A stretch of 64,000 nt of DNA from an uncultured Alphaproteobacteria bacterium (GTDB taxonomy: Bacteria > Pseudomonadota > Alphaproteobacteria > Rhizobiales > Beijerinckiaceae): positions 4,340-68,339 of the forward strand of contig CAVZNQ010000042.1 in the NCBI GenBank assembly GCA_963776665.1. The letters run 5' to 3'. Within the stretch, counting starts at the first letter, position 1. Every line of letters begins with the position of its first letter. The translations under genes and the position numbers were made by a program. The notes below the pieces were generated by a model. The model made no database searches, had not been told where the DNA came from, and saw only the letters and a program-made list of their open reading frames with translations. Shown piece after piece: positions 40,858 to 50,042 of the stretch.

Positions 40858-41544
40858 TCACTCGTCGAGGCCCTCGGCCCGGCGCCAGTCGATCAGCAGG
40901 GCGCGGCGCGGCTTCGGCAAGCGCTCCTCGAGCACCTCTATCTTTTCCATTCGGTCGAGGCGGAAATGGCGGAAAGCGGCCCTCGTCTCGCACCAGGCGG
41001 CGAGCATCCGGGCGCGGTCGAAAAAGCCCAGCGCGACCGGCCAGATGACGCGCGCCGAGGAGCGCCCGTGCTTGTCGATATAGGCGAGCTTGACCTTGCG
41101 CCCGGCCCCCAGCGCCTCGCGGATCATGGGCAGGCTCGCGCCTTCCCGCTCGCCGGTGGCGCTTGCGCCGGCGAGCATGGTCGGCCAGTCGAGCGCCTCC
41201 GCCCGCTCCGGCGGCAGGACCGCGGCGATCTTGGCCAAGGCTCCGCGCGCCGCTTTGGTCAGCCCCGCGTCGGCGCGGCCCTCGACCCATTGGGCGCCGA
41301 GCGCCAGCGCCTCGACCTCCGCCAGGCTGAACATGAGGGGCGGCAGGGTGAAGCCCGGCCTCAGCACGTAGCCGAATCCCGCCTCGCCCTCGATCCGCGC
41401 CCCCTGCGCCTTGAGCGCCTCGATGTCTCGGTAGAGCGTGCGTAGCGACACCCCGAGTTCCTCCGCCAGCGCCTGGCCGGCGACCGGCCGTCGGCGGAGG
41501 CGAAGGCTTTGCATGAGTTCGAGCAGCCGTTCGGCGCGCGACAT
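40858..41544 (-). CDS. YafY-family HTH-WYL regulator
   Basis: LAEELGVSLRTLYRDI..L; AWCETR..FRHFRLDR. Confidence 0.92.
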   Translation of the reverse strand: MSRAERLLELMQSLRLRRRPVAGQALAEELGVSLRTLYRDIEALKAQGARIEGEAGFGYVLRPGFTLPPLMFSLAEVEALALGAQWVEGRADAGLTKAARGALAKIAAVLPPERAEALDWPTMLAGASATGEREGASLPMIREALGAGRKVKLAYIDKHGRSSARVIWPVALGFFDRARMLAAWCETRAAFRHFRLDRMEKIEVLEERLPKPRRALLIDWRRAEGLDE

Positions 41545-41561
41545 CGCTCAATCCCGCCGCT

Positions 41562-41960
41562 TCAGGGCGCTTTCACGCAAGCCTCGACCGGGAACAGGCA
41601 CTCCTGGCCGAGCGGCAGCGTCAGGCCGTCGGGGCCGGCATAGCCGACCTGGCTGACGCGGCCGTTGGTCATGACCAGTCTGACGTCGCAGGATCCGCCG
41701 CCCCCGAACGGCGGCAGGTTGGTGTTGAGGAGGAGCGCCCATTGCGGTCCATAGCCGCGCATTTGCCCGCCGAAGTAGGTCCAGATTTCGGTCGCCTCTC
41801 CGACCTGCGCGCGATGCGCCGGAGGGCCGAGACAGGCGCGGATCTCGCGCGCCTTGAGCCCGATCATCGACTGCTGCGCGGCTTGGTCCACTTCGAGCGG
41901 CTGGCATCCGCCGAGCAACAGCGCGCCGAAGAGGCCAAGCGTCGCGGCCGATTTGCTCAC
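41562..41960 (-). CDS. Putative lipoprotein
   Basis: LLLGGC lipobox; CLGPP; GTG start inferred. Confidence 0.7.
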   Translation of the reverse strand: MSKSAATLGLFGALLLGGCQPLEVDQAAQQSMIGLKAREIRACLGPPAHRAQVGEATEIWTYFGGQMRGYGPQWALLLNTNLPPFGGGGSCDVRLVMTNGRVSQVGYAGPDGLTLPLGQECLFPVEACVKAP

Positions 41961-42031
41961 ACCTCTCCCCCGGATGTTGGCGCCGCTCGACGTTCGCCGA
42001 ATCGCGACGGTTTGACAACAATGGGCGTGGA

Positions 42032-42586
42032 TCACTTCGCCTGGAAGATCGCGATCCGCGTATCGCCATAGGTTCGTTCGTCGACGCTCGCGAGGCCGGG
42101 GGGAGCCGCGACTTCGGCCCTGGCTGCTTCCTCCACGACGCAGAGCGCGTCCGGCTCGAGCCAGCCTCCCTCGATCAGCGAAGCGAGCGCTGGGGCGGCG
42201 AGACCCTGTCCGTAAGGCGGGTCGAGAAACGCCAGCGCGAACGGCCCTCCGGCCGGGGCCGAACCCAGCCTCGTCGCGTCGGCGCGCCAGATCCGGGTCA
42301 CCCCGCCGAGCCCGAAAGCCTCGACATTGGCGCGAAGAACCGCCCGCGCCTCGGCGGCGTTGTCGACCAGGAGCGCGAAGCGGGCGCCGCGCGACAGCGC
42401 CTCGATCGCGAGCGCCCCCGATCCGGCAAAGAGGTCAAGCACCCGCGCGCCATCGATATGGCCGGGAAATCGATGCTCGAGAATGTCGAAGATCGATTCG
42501 CGCAGCCGCTCGGAGGTCGGGCGAATGGCGCGCGACGCCGGCGCGGTGAGCGTCCGGCCCTTGAGCCGCCCGCTGACGATCCTCAT
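42032..42586 (-). CDS. rsmD: 16S rRNA m2G966 methyltransferase
   Basis: MRIVSG..KGR, RPT, DLFAGSG, DPPY. Confidence 0.95.
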   Translation of the reverse strand: MRIVSGRLKGRTLTAPASRAIRPTSERLRESIFDILEHRFPGHIDGARVLDLFAGSGALAIEALSRGARFALLVDNAAEARAVLRANVEAFGLGGVTRIWRADATRLGSAPAGGPFALAFLDPPYGQGLAAPALASLIEGGWLEPDALCVVEEAARAEVAAPPGLASVDERTYGDTRIAIFQAK

Positions 42587-42589
42587 CGG

Positions 42590-44363
42590 TCACGGCTTTC
42601 GCGGCGGGCGGCGCGGGCCGCCTCGGCCTTTCGGCGGGCCCTTACCGGGCGGACCGTGGGATCGCCCCGGCGAGGAGCGCGCCCGCGGCGCGCCGCCCCC
42701 GCCGCTCCGTTCGCCGCCGTGCCCCCGCGGACGGTCCGACCCACGCTCGCCTTTGTGCCGATCCGGGGGACGGTCGAAACGGCGCGCCGGAGGAGCGCCG
42801 TCGCGCGCCTCAGTGCGCGTTCCGCGCGGCTTGAATTCCGGGCGCGGTCCGCGGTCCCTGGCGTCCGCGCGCGGCGGCCGGCTCTCGCCGCTGCGCTCAG
42901 GCTTCCGGCCTTGCGGCCGATCGAAGGCGCGCTCGCGCGAGCCGCCCTCGCGCCTCCCCACGCTTTCGCCGCGCGGCTCTGAATTCGGAGCGCGGTCCGC
43001 GGTCCCTGGCGTCCGCGCGCGGCGGCCGGCTCTCACCGCTGCGCTCAGGCTTCCGGCCTTGCGGCCGATCGAAGGCGCGCTCGCGCGAGCCGCCCTCGCG
43101 CTTCCCCGCGCTTTCCCCGCGCGGCCTGAATTCCGCCCTGCCGCCGCCATGCGCGTTCTCCGAACGCGGCGCCCGCTCGCGCCCCTGAGGCCCTCGCTTG
43201 CCGGCTTTGCGATCTCCCGCGCCCGGCCGTCGCGTTTCGGCGGCGGCGCGCCTGCGCGCTTCCTCGCCGGTCGGCGAAATGCGCTCGACCGCGATTGTCC
43301 GCCCCTTGCGGTCGTGGGTGGCGCTGCGCTCGACGCGCTTACGCGTCGCCGCTGCGTCGGCGGCGATTTCCGCCCGCAGGCGCGACACATGCTTGCGGCG
43401 GCGCTCGGGGGTCGACTGCGCCGGCGGCGGGCGCCGCGCCGCGGCCTCGGGGTCGAAGCGCCGCTCCCGTTCCCCGCCGCGCCCGCGCTGCTCTTTCCGG
43501 TCGGGCTTCCGACTTTCGGAGCGTTCGCGGGCCGCGCTCGGCTCTGCGGGCGTCGGCGAAACTTCGCGGGCGATCAGCGGCGCGTCGAAATCAGCCTGGG
43601 CTTCCTTCGCAAGCTTGGCGCCCAGCTGGTCGCGCAACACCCGGGTGCGCACTTCCGCCGCCTCGCCCTCGGCAAGATCGCCGAGCTCGAAGGGACCGAA
43701 GGAGACCCGGATCAGGCGGTTGACCGCAAGCCCGAGGTGCTCCAGCACCTTCTTGATCTCGCGGTTTTTTCCCTCCCGGAGTCCGAGCGTGATCCAGACG
43801 TTCGAGCCCTGCTCGCGATCGAGCTTGGCTTCGATGCCCAGATAGTCGACGCCGTCGACAACGATCCCCCCGCTTAACCGGTCGAGCGCCGCCTGATCGA
43901 TGTTCCCGTGCGCGCGCACCCGATAGCGGCGCAGCCAGCCGGTCGACGGCAGCTCGAGCACCCGCGCCAGCCCGCCGTCGTTGGTGAGCAGCATGAGCCC
44001 CTCGGTGTTGATGTCGAGCCGGCCGACCGCGACCACCCGCGGCAGCTCCGGCGGCAGCGCGTCGAAAACGGTCCGCCGCCCCTCCGGATCGCGCGCGGTG
44101 GTGACGAATCCTCGGGGTTTGTGAAACAGAAAGAGCCGGGTGCGTTCAGCCGCGCCGAGCCGCTCCCCGTCGACGCGCACGTCGTCGGCGTCGCTGACGT
44201 TGAAGGCGGGGCTCGCGAGCACCTCGCCGTTGACGCTCACCCGCCCCGCGGCGATCCAGGCTTCGGCCTCGCGGCGGGAGCAGAGGCCGGCGCGCGCCAT
44301 GACCTTGGCGATCCGTTGGCCCTCGCGGACTTGAGAAGCTTCGGCCTTCGTATCGTCGCTCAT
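42590..44363 (-). CDS. rluB: Pseudouridine synthase RluB-like with Arg-rich tail; apparent +1 frameshift near 42978
   Basis: S4 domain, VGRLDINTEGL, EGKNREI; tail continues in the 42590 frame. Confidence 0.88.
42832..43135. repeat. Tandem ~147-bp coding repeat (2 copies) in the rluB tail
   Basis: TGAATTC recurs at 42832, 42980 and 43127 (spacing 148 and 147). Confidence 0.9.
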
Positions 44364-44499
44364 GCTCGCTTCATTCCGCCGCCGTCCCGCGCCCGCGTTG
44401 CCATCGGCGGCCGCTTGTCCTAAGCCCGAACGCGCCGCGCCGCCATCCGAAAAACGCTTCGGTCCGCAGATCAGGGCGAAGCCGGCGCAGGGCGCTGCC

Positions 44500-44961
44500 A
44501 TGTCGAGCGATGCGGGGAAGGGCGGCGATCCGATGAGCCTCGCCTTCGCCGAGGCGCGGGCGGCGGAACTGCGCGCCGAGGCGCCGATCGGCGCTGCGCT
44601 GGTTCGAGGCGAGGCCGTTATCGCCAGCGCCGGGAACCGCACCCGCGAGCTCGCCGACCCGACCGCGCACGCCGAAATGCTCGTCATCCGCGAGGCGGCC
44701 GCGAAACTCGGCTCCGAGCGGCTCGCCGGCTGCGATCTCTACGTGACGCTCGAGCCGTGCGCGATGTGCGCGGGCGCGATCTCACATGCTCGCCTGCGCC
44801 GCCTCTACTACGCCGCGCCGGACCCCAAGGGCGGCGCCGTCGATCATGGGGTGCGCTTCTTTCGTCAGCCGACCTGCCACCACGCGCCCGAAGTCTACGG
44901 CGGCCTGCGCGAGGGCGAGGCGGCGGCGATGCTGCGGCGGTTCTTCGCGGCAAGGCGCTGA
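44500..44961 (+). CDS. tadA: tRNA adenosine deaminase
   Basis: AHAE, TLEPCAMC. Confidence 0.9.
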   Translation: MSSDAGKGGDPMSLAFAEARAAELRAEAPIGAALVRGEAVIASAGNRTRELADPTAHAEMLVIREAAAKLGSERLAGCDLYVTLEPCAMCAGAISHARLRRLYYAAPDPKGGAVDHGVRFFRQPTCHHAPEVYGGLREGEAAAMLRRFFAARR

Positions 44962-45080
44962 GGGGCTTTCCATCGCCGCGCATCGACGCTGGCGAGGGAA
45001 GGCGCCGGTTGCCAAGACCTCGGGCGGCGTGAGAGCATTGGGCTCGAGCGATTTTTTCTGCGTTCCTTAAGGGAGGAAGC

Positions 45081-46196
45081 ATGTCCAGTCCGCCGTTTCG
45101 CGCCGACCATGTCGGGAGCTATCTGCGCCCGGAGCGGCTGCGATCGGCGCGCGAACGCTTCGCCGCCGGCCATCTTCCGGCGCAGGAACTGCACGCCATC
45201 GAGGACGAGTGCATCCGTGATGTCGTGCATGCCCAGGAGAATGTGGGCTTGAAGGGAGTGACCGACGGCGAGTTTCGCCGCACCTTCTTTCACGTCGATT
45301 TTCTGGAGCGGCTGCACGGGATCGAGGTCCGTTACGGCGAGTTCGCGTCGCATTTCAAGAAAAGCGACGGCACGAAGGTTGGTTTCGCGCCGCCGACCAT
45401 GCATGTCGACAGCAAGGTGAATTGGGCCGGGCCAATTCAGGGGCCGGACTTCGATTTCCTGAAGTCGGCCACGACCCGCACGCCCAAAGTGTGCATTCCG
45501 GCGCCGTCGATGCTGCATTTCCGCGGCGGGCGCGAGGCGATCAGCGAGACAGTCTATCCGAACCTTGAGGCTTTCTACGCCGATCTGACCGCGGCCTACC
45601 GCGCCGAGGTCGCCGATCTTGCGGCGCGCGGCCTCCGCTACCTCCAGTTCGACGACACCAATCTCGCCTATCTCTGCGATCCCGAGATTCGCGCCCGGAC
45701 CAAGGCGCGCGGCGACGACCCGGATGCGCTGACCCGCCTCTACTGCCGGCTGATCAACGATTCGATCCGCGACCGGCCGAAGGACATGACGGTCTGCGTT
45801 CATCTCTGCCGCGGCAATTTCAAGAGCGCGTGGGTCGCGCAGGGCGGCTATGAGCCGGTCGCCGAGATCCTTCTCAACGAGATGAAGATCGACGGCTTCT
45901 TCCTCGAATATGACGACGAGCGCTCCGGCGACTTCGCGCCGCTGCGGTTTGCGCCGAAAAGCGCGAGCATCGTGCTCGGCCTCATGAGCTCGAAGCGGGC
46001 GCAGGCCGAGTCGAAGGACGAGGTGAAGCGCCGCATCGACGAGGCGGCGAAATACGTGCCCCTCGACCAGTGCGCGCTCTCCCATCAGTGCGGCTTCTCC
46101 TCGACCGCGCACGGCAACGATCTCACGGAGGCCGATCAGTGGATCAAGCTCGCGCGGCTGGTCGAAATCGCCGAAGAGGTCTGGGGCAAGGCCTGA
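45081..46196 (+). CDS. Cobalamin-independent methionine synthase II family (MetE C-terminal-like)
   Basis: RADHVGS.LRP, TDGEFRR, HLCRGN, FLEYD, QCGFSS. Confidence 0.9.
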   Translation: MSSPPFRADHVGSYLRPERLRSARERFAAGHLPAQELHAIEDECIRDVVHAQENVGLKGVTDGEFRRTFFHVDFLERLHGIEVRYGEFASHFKKSDGTKVGFAPPTMHVDSKVNWAGPIQGPDFDFLKSATTRTPKVCIPAPSMLHFRGGREAISETVYPNLEAFYADLTAAYRAEVADLAARGLRYLQFDDTNLAYLCDPEIRARTKARGDDPDALTRLYCRLINDSIRDRPKDMTVCVHLCRGNFKSAWVAQGGYEPVAEILLNEMKIDGFFLEYDDERSGDFAPLRFAPKSASIVLGLMSSKRAQAESKDEVKRRIDEAAKYVPLDQCALSHQCGFSSTAHGNDLTEADQWIKLARLVEIAEEVWGKA

Positions 46197-46208
46197 TCGT
46201 CGCTTTGT

Positions 46209-46313
46209 CTCCCGTTTGGCGGCGTCGGCAAATCCGGCCACGGCCGCGAGAAGGGTTTCGAAGCGCTCTACGGCTTCTCGGCCCTGAAGACCGTGGCCGC
46301 GTGGCACGGGTGA
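46209..46313 (+). pseudogene. Aldehyde dehydrogenase 3' remnant (34 codons + stop)
   Basis: LPFGGVGKSGHGREKGFEALYGFSALKTVAAWHG*. Confidence 0.85.
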
Positions 46314-46705
46314 AGCGGATCCTCTTGGTCTGCGTGGCCGCGTTGGTGGCGGCGGGCTGCGCGACCCCGCCGGTGGTCAAGCGCGATTATCTCGATCAGT
46401 CGGCGTGGCGGGGGGCCGCCCTGACCATTCCCGGCCGGCAGATGGTGGTCGACGCCGCCGCCGGCGCGGCTCCGCAGACAGTCACCCTGATCGACGTCAA
46501 CGCGCGCGCCGAGGTCGGCGGCAATCCCGAACAGCGCGCCCGCATTCTCGATCGCCGCGTCGAGACCGTGCGTACGGAACTCAGGCGCAACGGGATCGCG
46601 CCCGCCAGCATCGCCGAGTGGCCGGGCGCCGGCCCGGACGGCCTCCAGACCTATCCGCCCGCCGATTTGCAAACCAAGCCGATGGTCGTCATCGCCCACT
46701 ATTGA
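46310..46705 (+). CDS. Putative lipoprotein
   Basis: GTG start overlapping the remnant's stop; VAAGC lipobox. Confidence 0.65.
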   Translation: MKRILLVCVAALVAAGCATPPVVKRDYLDQSAWRGAALTIPGRQMVVDAAAGAAPQTVTLIDVNARAEVGGNPEQRARILDRRVETVRTELRRNGIAPASIAEWPGAGPDGLQTYPPADLQTKPMVVIAHY

Positions 46706-46769
46706 GCGCGGTCATGCGTGGAGCGTTTGCGTATGGTAGAGGGAATTGCGCTATCGCGCGCCCACGAGC

Positions 46770-46887
46770 CCTCATCCTGAGGAGCGCCGAAGGCGCGTCT
46801 CGAAGGATGGTCCAGAAGACCGCGCGCTTGTTTGGCGCGTGCTGGAGCGTCCTTCGAGACGCCCGTTTGGGGCTCCTCAGGACGAGG
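46770..46887. repeat. REP-like palindromic element, copy 1
   Basis: CCTCATCCTGAGGAGC...GTCTCGAAGGA / TCCTTCGAGAC...GCTCCTCAGGACGAGG. Confidence 0.85.
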
Positions 46888-46920
46888 TCGGCGGGTTGAC
46901 ATATTCAGCGGGGAGCCGCC

Positions 46921-47391
46921 GTGAACCCGATCGTCGTTGTCCTGAACGGACCCAATCTCAACCTGCTCGGCAAGCGCGAGCCCGAAATCTACGGCCGCGA
47001 GACCCTCGCTGACGTCGAGGCGGATTGCCGGCGCATCGGCAAGGAGCTTGGGCTCGCGATCGAGTTCCATCAGAGCAACCGCGAATACGAGATCATCGAA
47101 TGGATTCACGGCGCCCGCGAGCGCGCCGCGGGCATCGTTATCAATCCCGCCGCGTTCACCCACACCTCGGTCGCCATCCTCGACGCGCTCAACGCCTTCG
47201 CCGGACCGATCATCGAGGTGCACATCTCCAATGTGCACAAGCGCGAGGCTTTCCGGCATCATTCGTTTGTTTCGGCCGTCGCCTCGGGCGTCATCGTCGG
47301 CTGCGGGACGCAAGGCTATGGGTTCGCGCTCCAGCGGCTCGCGAAACTGATCGCCGCCAAGCCGGCGCGAGCCTCCAAGGCCTCGTCCTGA
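46921..47391 (+). CDS. aroQ: Type II 3-dehydroquinate dehydratase
   Basis: [34 protein letters not shown]. Confidence 0.96.
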   Translation: MNPIVVVLNGPNLNLLGKREPEIYGRETLADVEADCRRIGKELGLAIEFHQSNREYEIIEWIHGARERAAGIVINPAAFTHTSVAILDALNAFAGPIIEVHISNVHKREAFRHHSFVSAVASGVIVGCGTQGYGFALQRLAKLIAAKPARASKASS

Positions 47392-47496
47392 GTCCCAGCG
47401 AAGCTGGCGTCTCGAAGGACGATCGGGTAGCCGCCAACCGGGAGCGCAGACTTGAGCATCCTTCGAGACGCGCCTTCGGCGCTCCTCAGGATGAGG
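47381..47496. repeat. REP-like palindromic element, copy 2 (inverted relative to copy 1)
   Basis: CCTCGTCCTGAG...GTCTCGAAGGA / TCCTTCGAGACGCGCCTTCGGCGCTCCTCAGGATGAGG. Confidence 0.85.
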
Positions 47497-47528
47497 CCTC
47501 TGCCTGCCAGCTCCCCCAGCGGGCACAG

Positions 47529-48200
47529 CTAGTTCACGATCGCCAGCGCGAAGCCGTCCCAACCCTTGGCGCCGACGGTCTGGATCGCGGTGGCGCTCAG
47601 TCGCGGCTCGCGCGCGATCATCTCGAACATCCGCCGGACGCCGACGACATCCGAATCGGCGCTCCTCGCGTCGACGACCTCGCCGTCGCGCACCACGTTG
47701 TCGACCACGATCGCGGTTCCCCGGCGGGAAAGCCGGAGCGCCCATTCGAGATAGGCGGCGTTGTTCTCCTTGTCGGCGTCGATGAACACGAAATCGAACG
47801 GGCCGAGCCCCTCGGCCTCGATTTTCGGCAACGTTTCCAGCGCGGCGCCCGTCCTGATCTCGACCTTGCCGCCCAAGCCCGCGTGCGCGACGTTCCGGCG
47901 GGCCACTTCGGCGTGCCTGGCGCTCCATTCGAGGGTGATGAGCCGGCCGTCGTCGGGAAGCGCGCTCGCAAGCCAGATGGTCGAATAGCCGCCGAGCGTG
48001 CCGATCTCGAGCGCCTTCCGCGCCCCCATCATGCGCGCCATGAGATGGATGAGCTTGCCCTGCGGCGCCGATACGTCGATCGACGGCAGGCCGGCCGCGG
48101 CATTGGCTTTCAGCGCGGCTTCGAGGGCGCTATCCCGGCCGACGATCGTCTCGCTGACATAGGCGTCAACGGCTTGCCAGAGATCCCGGTTCACGGCCAT
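47529..48200 (-). CDS. O-methyltransferase
   Basis: LEIGTLGGYS, FIDADK, VVDNV. Confidence 0.92.
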   Translation of the reverse strand: MAVNRDLWQAVDAYVSETIVGRDSALEAALKANAAAGLPSIDVSAPQGKLIHLMARMMGARKALEIGTLGGYSTIWLASALPDDGRLITLEWSARHAEVARRNVAHAGLGGKVEIRTGAALETLPKIEAEGLGPFDFVFIDADKENNAAYLEWALRLSRRGTAIVVDNVVRDGEVVDARSADSDVVGVRRMFEMIAREPRLSATAIQTVGAKGWDGFALAIVN

Positions 48201-48225
48201 TGGCTCCCTCCCACGCGCCGCCGGG

Positions 48226-49248
48226 TCATTCCTCTTTTCCCGCCACGCCCGCTTCGGCGAAGGTCGCCATGCCGTTGTGGCAGTTGACGGCGGCCTTGAC
48301 GATTCCGACCGCCAGCGCTGCGCCGGAGCCCTCGCCGAGCCGCATCCCAAGATCGAGCAGCGGCACCTTGCCGATCAGCTTCAGCGCGTGCCGGTGCGCG
48401 CGCTCGGCAGACACATGGGCGGCGAGGCAATGGTCGAGCGCGGAATCGTCGAGAGCAAGCAAGACCGCGGCGGCCGAGCACACCACGAAGCCGTCGAGCA
48501 GGACCGGCGTACGGCGCAGGCGCGCGGCGAGGATCGCGCCTGCGATCGCGGCGATTTCGCGCCCGCCAAGGCGGGCCAGAATCTCCAACGGATCGTTGAC
48601 ATGCTGCTTATGGCGCGCGACCGCGGCCCGCACCGCGTCGGCCTTGCGCCTGAGGCCCTCATCGTCAACGCCGGTCCCGCGCCCGACCCATTCCTCGGCC
48701 TCGCCGCCATGGAGCGCGTGATAGACCGCCGCCGCCGCCGTCGTGTTGCCGATGCCCATCTCGCCGAGGACGAGGAGGTCCGGCTCGGAGGCGAGCGCCT
48801 CCATGCCGAAGGCCATCGTCCCCGCGCAGGCCTTCTCGTCGAGCGCCGGCTCCTGGGTGATGTCGCCGGTCGGCTTGTCAAGCGCCAGTTCGTAGACCTT
48901 GAGCGAAAGGTCGAAGGTCTTGCAGATCTGGTTGATCGCCGCGCCGCCGGCGGTGAAATTCGCCACCATCGCCTGGGTGACCGAGGCCGGAAACGCCGAC
49001 ACCCCCTGGGCGACGACGCCATGGTTGCCGGCGTAGACCGCAACCAGCGGATTGTCGACATGCGGCCGCGCCGATCCCTGCCAGGCGGCCATCCATTCGG
49101 CGATCTCCTCGAGGCGGCCGAGCGCGCCCGCGGGCTTGGTCAGTTGCGCGTCGCGCTCGCGCGCCGCCGCCCGCGCCGCATCGTCTGCTTTGGGCATCCT
49201 GGCGAGCAGCGCGCGGATGTCGTCGAAGGGGCGGGCGGAGGGGGGCAT
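48226..49248 (-). CDS. cobT: Nicotinate-nucleotide-dimethylbenzimidazole phosphoribosyltransferase
   Basis: LTKPAGALGRLE, GEMGIGNTT, RLGEGSGA. Confidence 0.95.
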   Translation of the reverse strand: MPPSARPFDDIRALLARMPKADDAARAAARERDAQLTKPAGALGRLEEIAEWMAAWQGSARPHVDNPLVAVYAGNHGVVAQGVSAFPASVTQAMVANFTAGGAAINQICKTFDLSLKVYELALDKPTGDITQEPALDEKACAGTMAFGMEALASEPDLLVLGEMGIGNTTAAAAVYHALHGGEAEEWVGRGTGVDDEGLRRKADAVRAAVARHKQHVNDPLEILARLGGREIAAIAGAILAARLRRTPVLLDGFVVCSAAAVLLALDDSALDHCLAAHVSAERAHRHALKLIGKVPLLDLGMRLGEGSGAALAVGIVKAAVNCHNGMATFAEAGVAGKEE

Positions 49249-49356
49249 GAATTCGGCCTCGAACGCAGGATGGCGCGCCCCTATAGGCGAAAACCGGTCC
49301 GAGGGAAAAGGTCCCGCCAACGTCGCCAACAGCGCCCAAACGCCAATCTTTAAACC

Positions 49357-49372
49357 TTGACAGAACTGTCAA
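49357..49372. promoter_or_regulatory. Palindromic operator candidate
   Basis: TTGACAG-AA-CTGTCAA between divergent genes. Confidence 0.45.
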
Positions 49373-49433
49373 TTCCAAGGGAAACTGAGCGTGTCGAAAA
49401 GGGCGTCTATCCGCTCAAGGAAAGGGATCGGAC

Positions 49434-49661
49434 ATGGTGCAGCAACGTGTCATTCGCAAAGCTATCAACGTCAGCGTTATCGGTCTGTTCGGGTTCGGCC
49501 TCCTTGCGGTGGATGCCGCTCCTTCCTTCGCCGGCAATTGCGGTGGCCATTGTCAGGTTATGAAGAGATGCGGCGAGTTGGTAAAGGAAAAGGGCCTCAA
49601 AGGCGCCGCCTACCATAGCGAATTTAACAAGTGCATGACCGACCAGGCGAACTACAAGTAG
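49434..49661 (+). CDS. Small secreted four-Cys protein (PsiF-like)
   Basis: Signal peptide PSFA-G; C..LVKEKGLKG....EF.KC. Confidence 0.6.
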   Translation: MVQQRVIRKAINVSVIGLFGFGLLAVDAAPSFAGNCGGHCQVMKRCGELVKEKGLKGAAYHSEFNKCMTDQANYK

Positions 49662-49930
49662 CCATTGCCGCTCGATGCGTCGGGGTCGTCGGCGGCTAGC
49701 CGGCGACCCTGCAACCGGTGACTGTGCCGACATGGCGCGCCGACGCGAAACCAGCCAGCGCCGAATATCGTTTTTCCGCAGACAAGCAAATTCTTGCCAG
49801 ATGACCGAGCATATGATTTAGTTTTTTCAGAAGGAGGGGAGAGCGGCGGCGTTGGAGCGGGGAAAGAGCTCATCCAGGGGCGCGCCCACGCCTCAAACGA
49901 GCTAACCCATTGAAGGACATGATAATTCTA

Positions 49931-50035
49931 TTTTGATTTTGTTGCGCCGGATTTGGTATTTGTTGCGGCCGGCTTGGTTTTTGTTGCGCCGGATTTTGAT
50001 TTTGTTGCTCGCGGCTTGGATTCGGTTGCGGCTTC
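49931..50035. repeat. Five degenerate 21-bp tandem repeats
   Basis: ttttgattttgttgcgccgga / tttggtatttgttgcggccgg / cttggtttttgttgcgccgga / ttttgattttgttgctcgcgg / cttggattcggttgcggcttc. Confidence 0.85.
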
Positions 50036-50042
50036 CGGCCGC

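Noticed and set aside
40162-41544. WYL regulator + vapBC as a novel defence unit
   Set aside because: Both are common stand-alone modules, and vapBC has its own operator between them
49249-49433. Cobalamin riboswitch upstream of cobT
   Set aside because: No recognisable B12-box or conserved core seen
49931-50035. CRISPR array
   Set aside because: Contiguous degenerate 21-mers with no unique spacers, and no cas genes in the window
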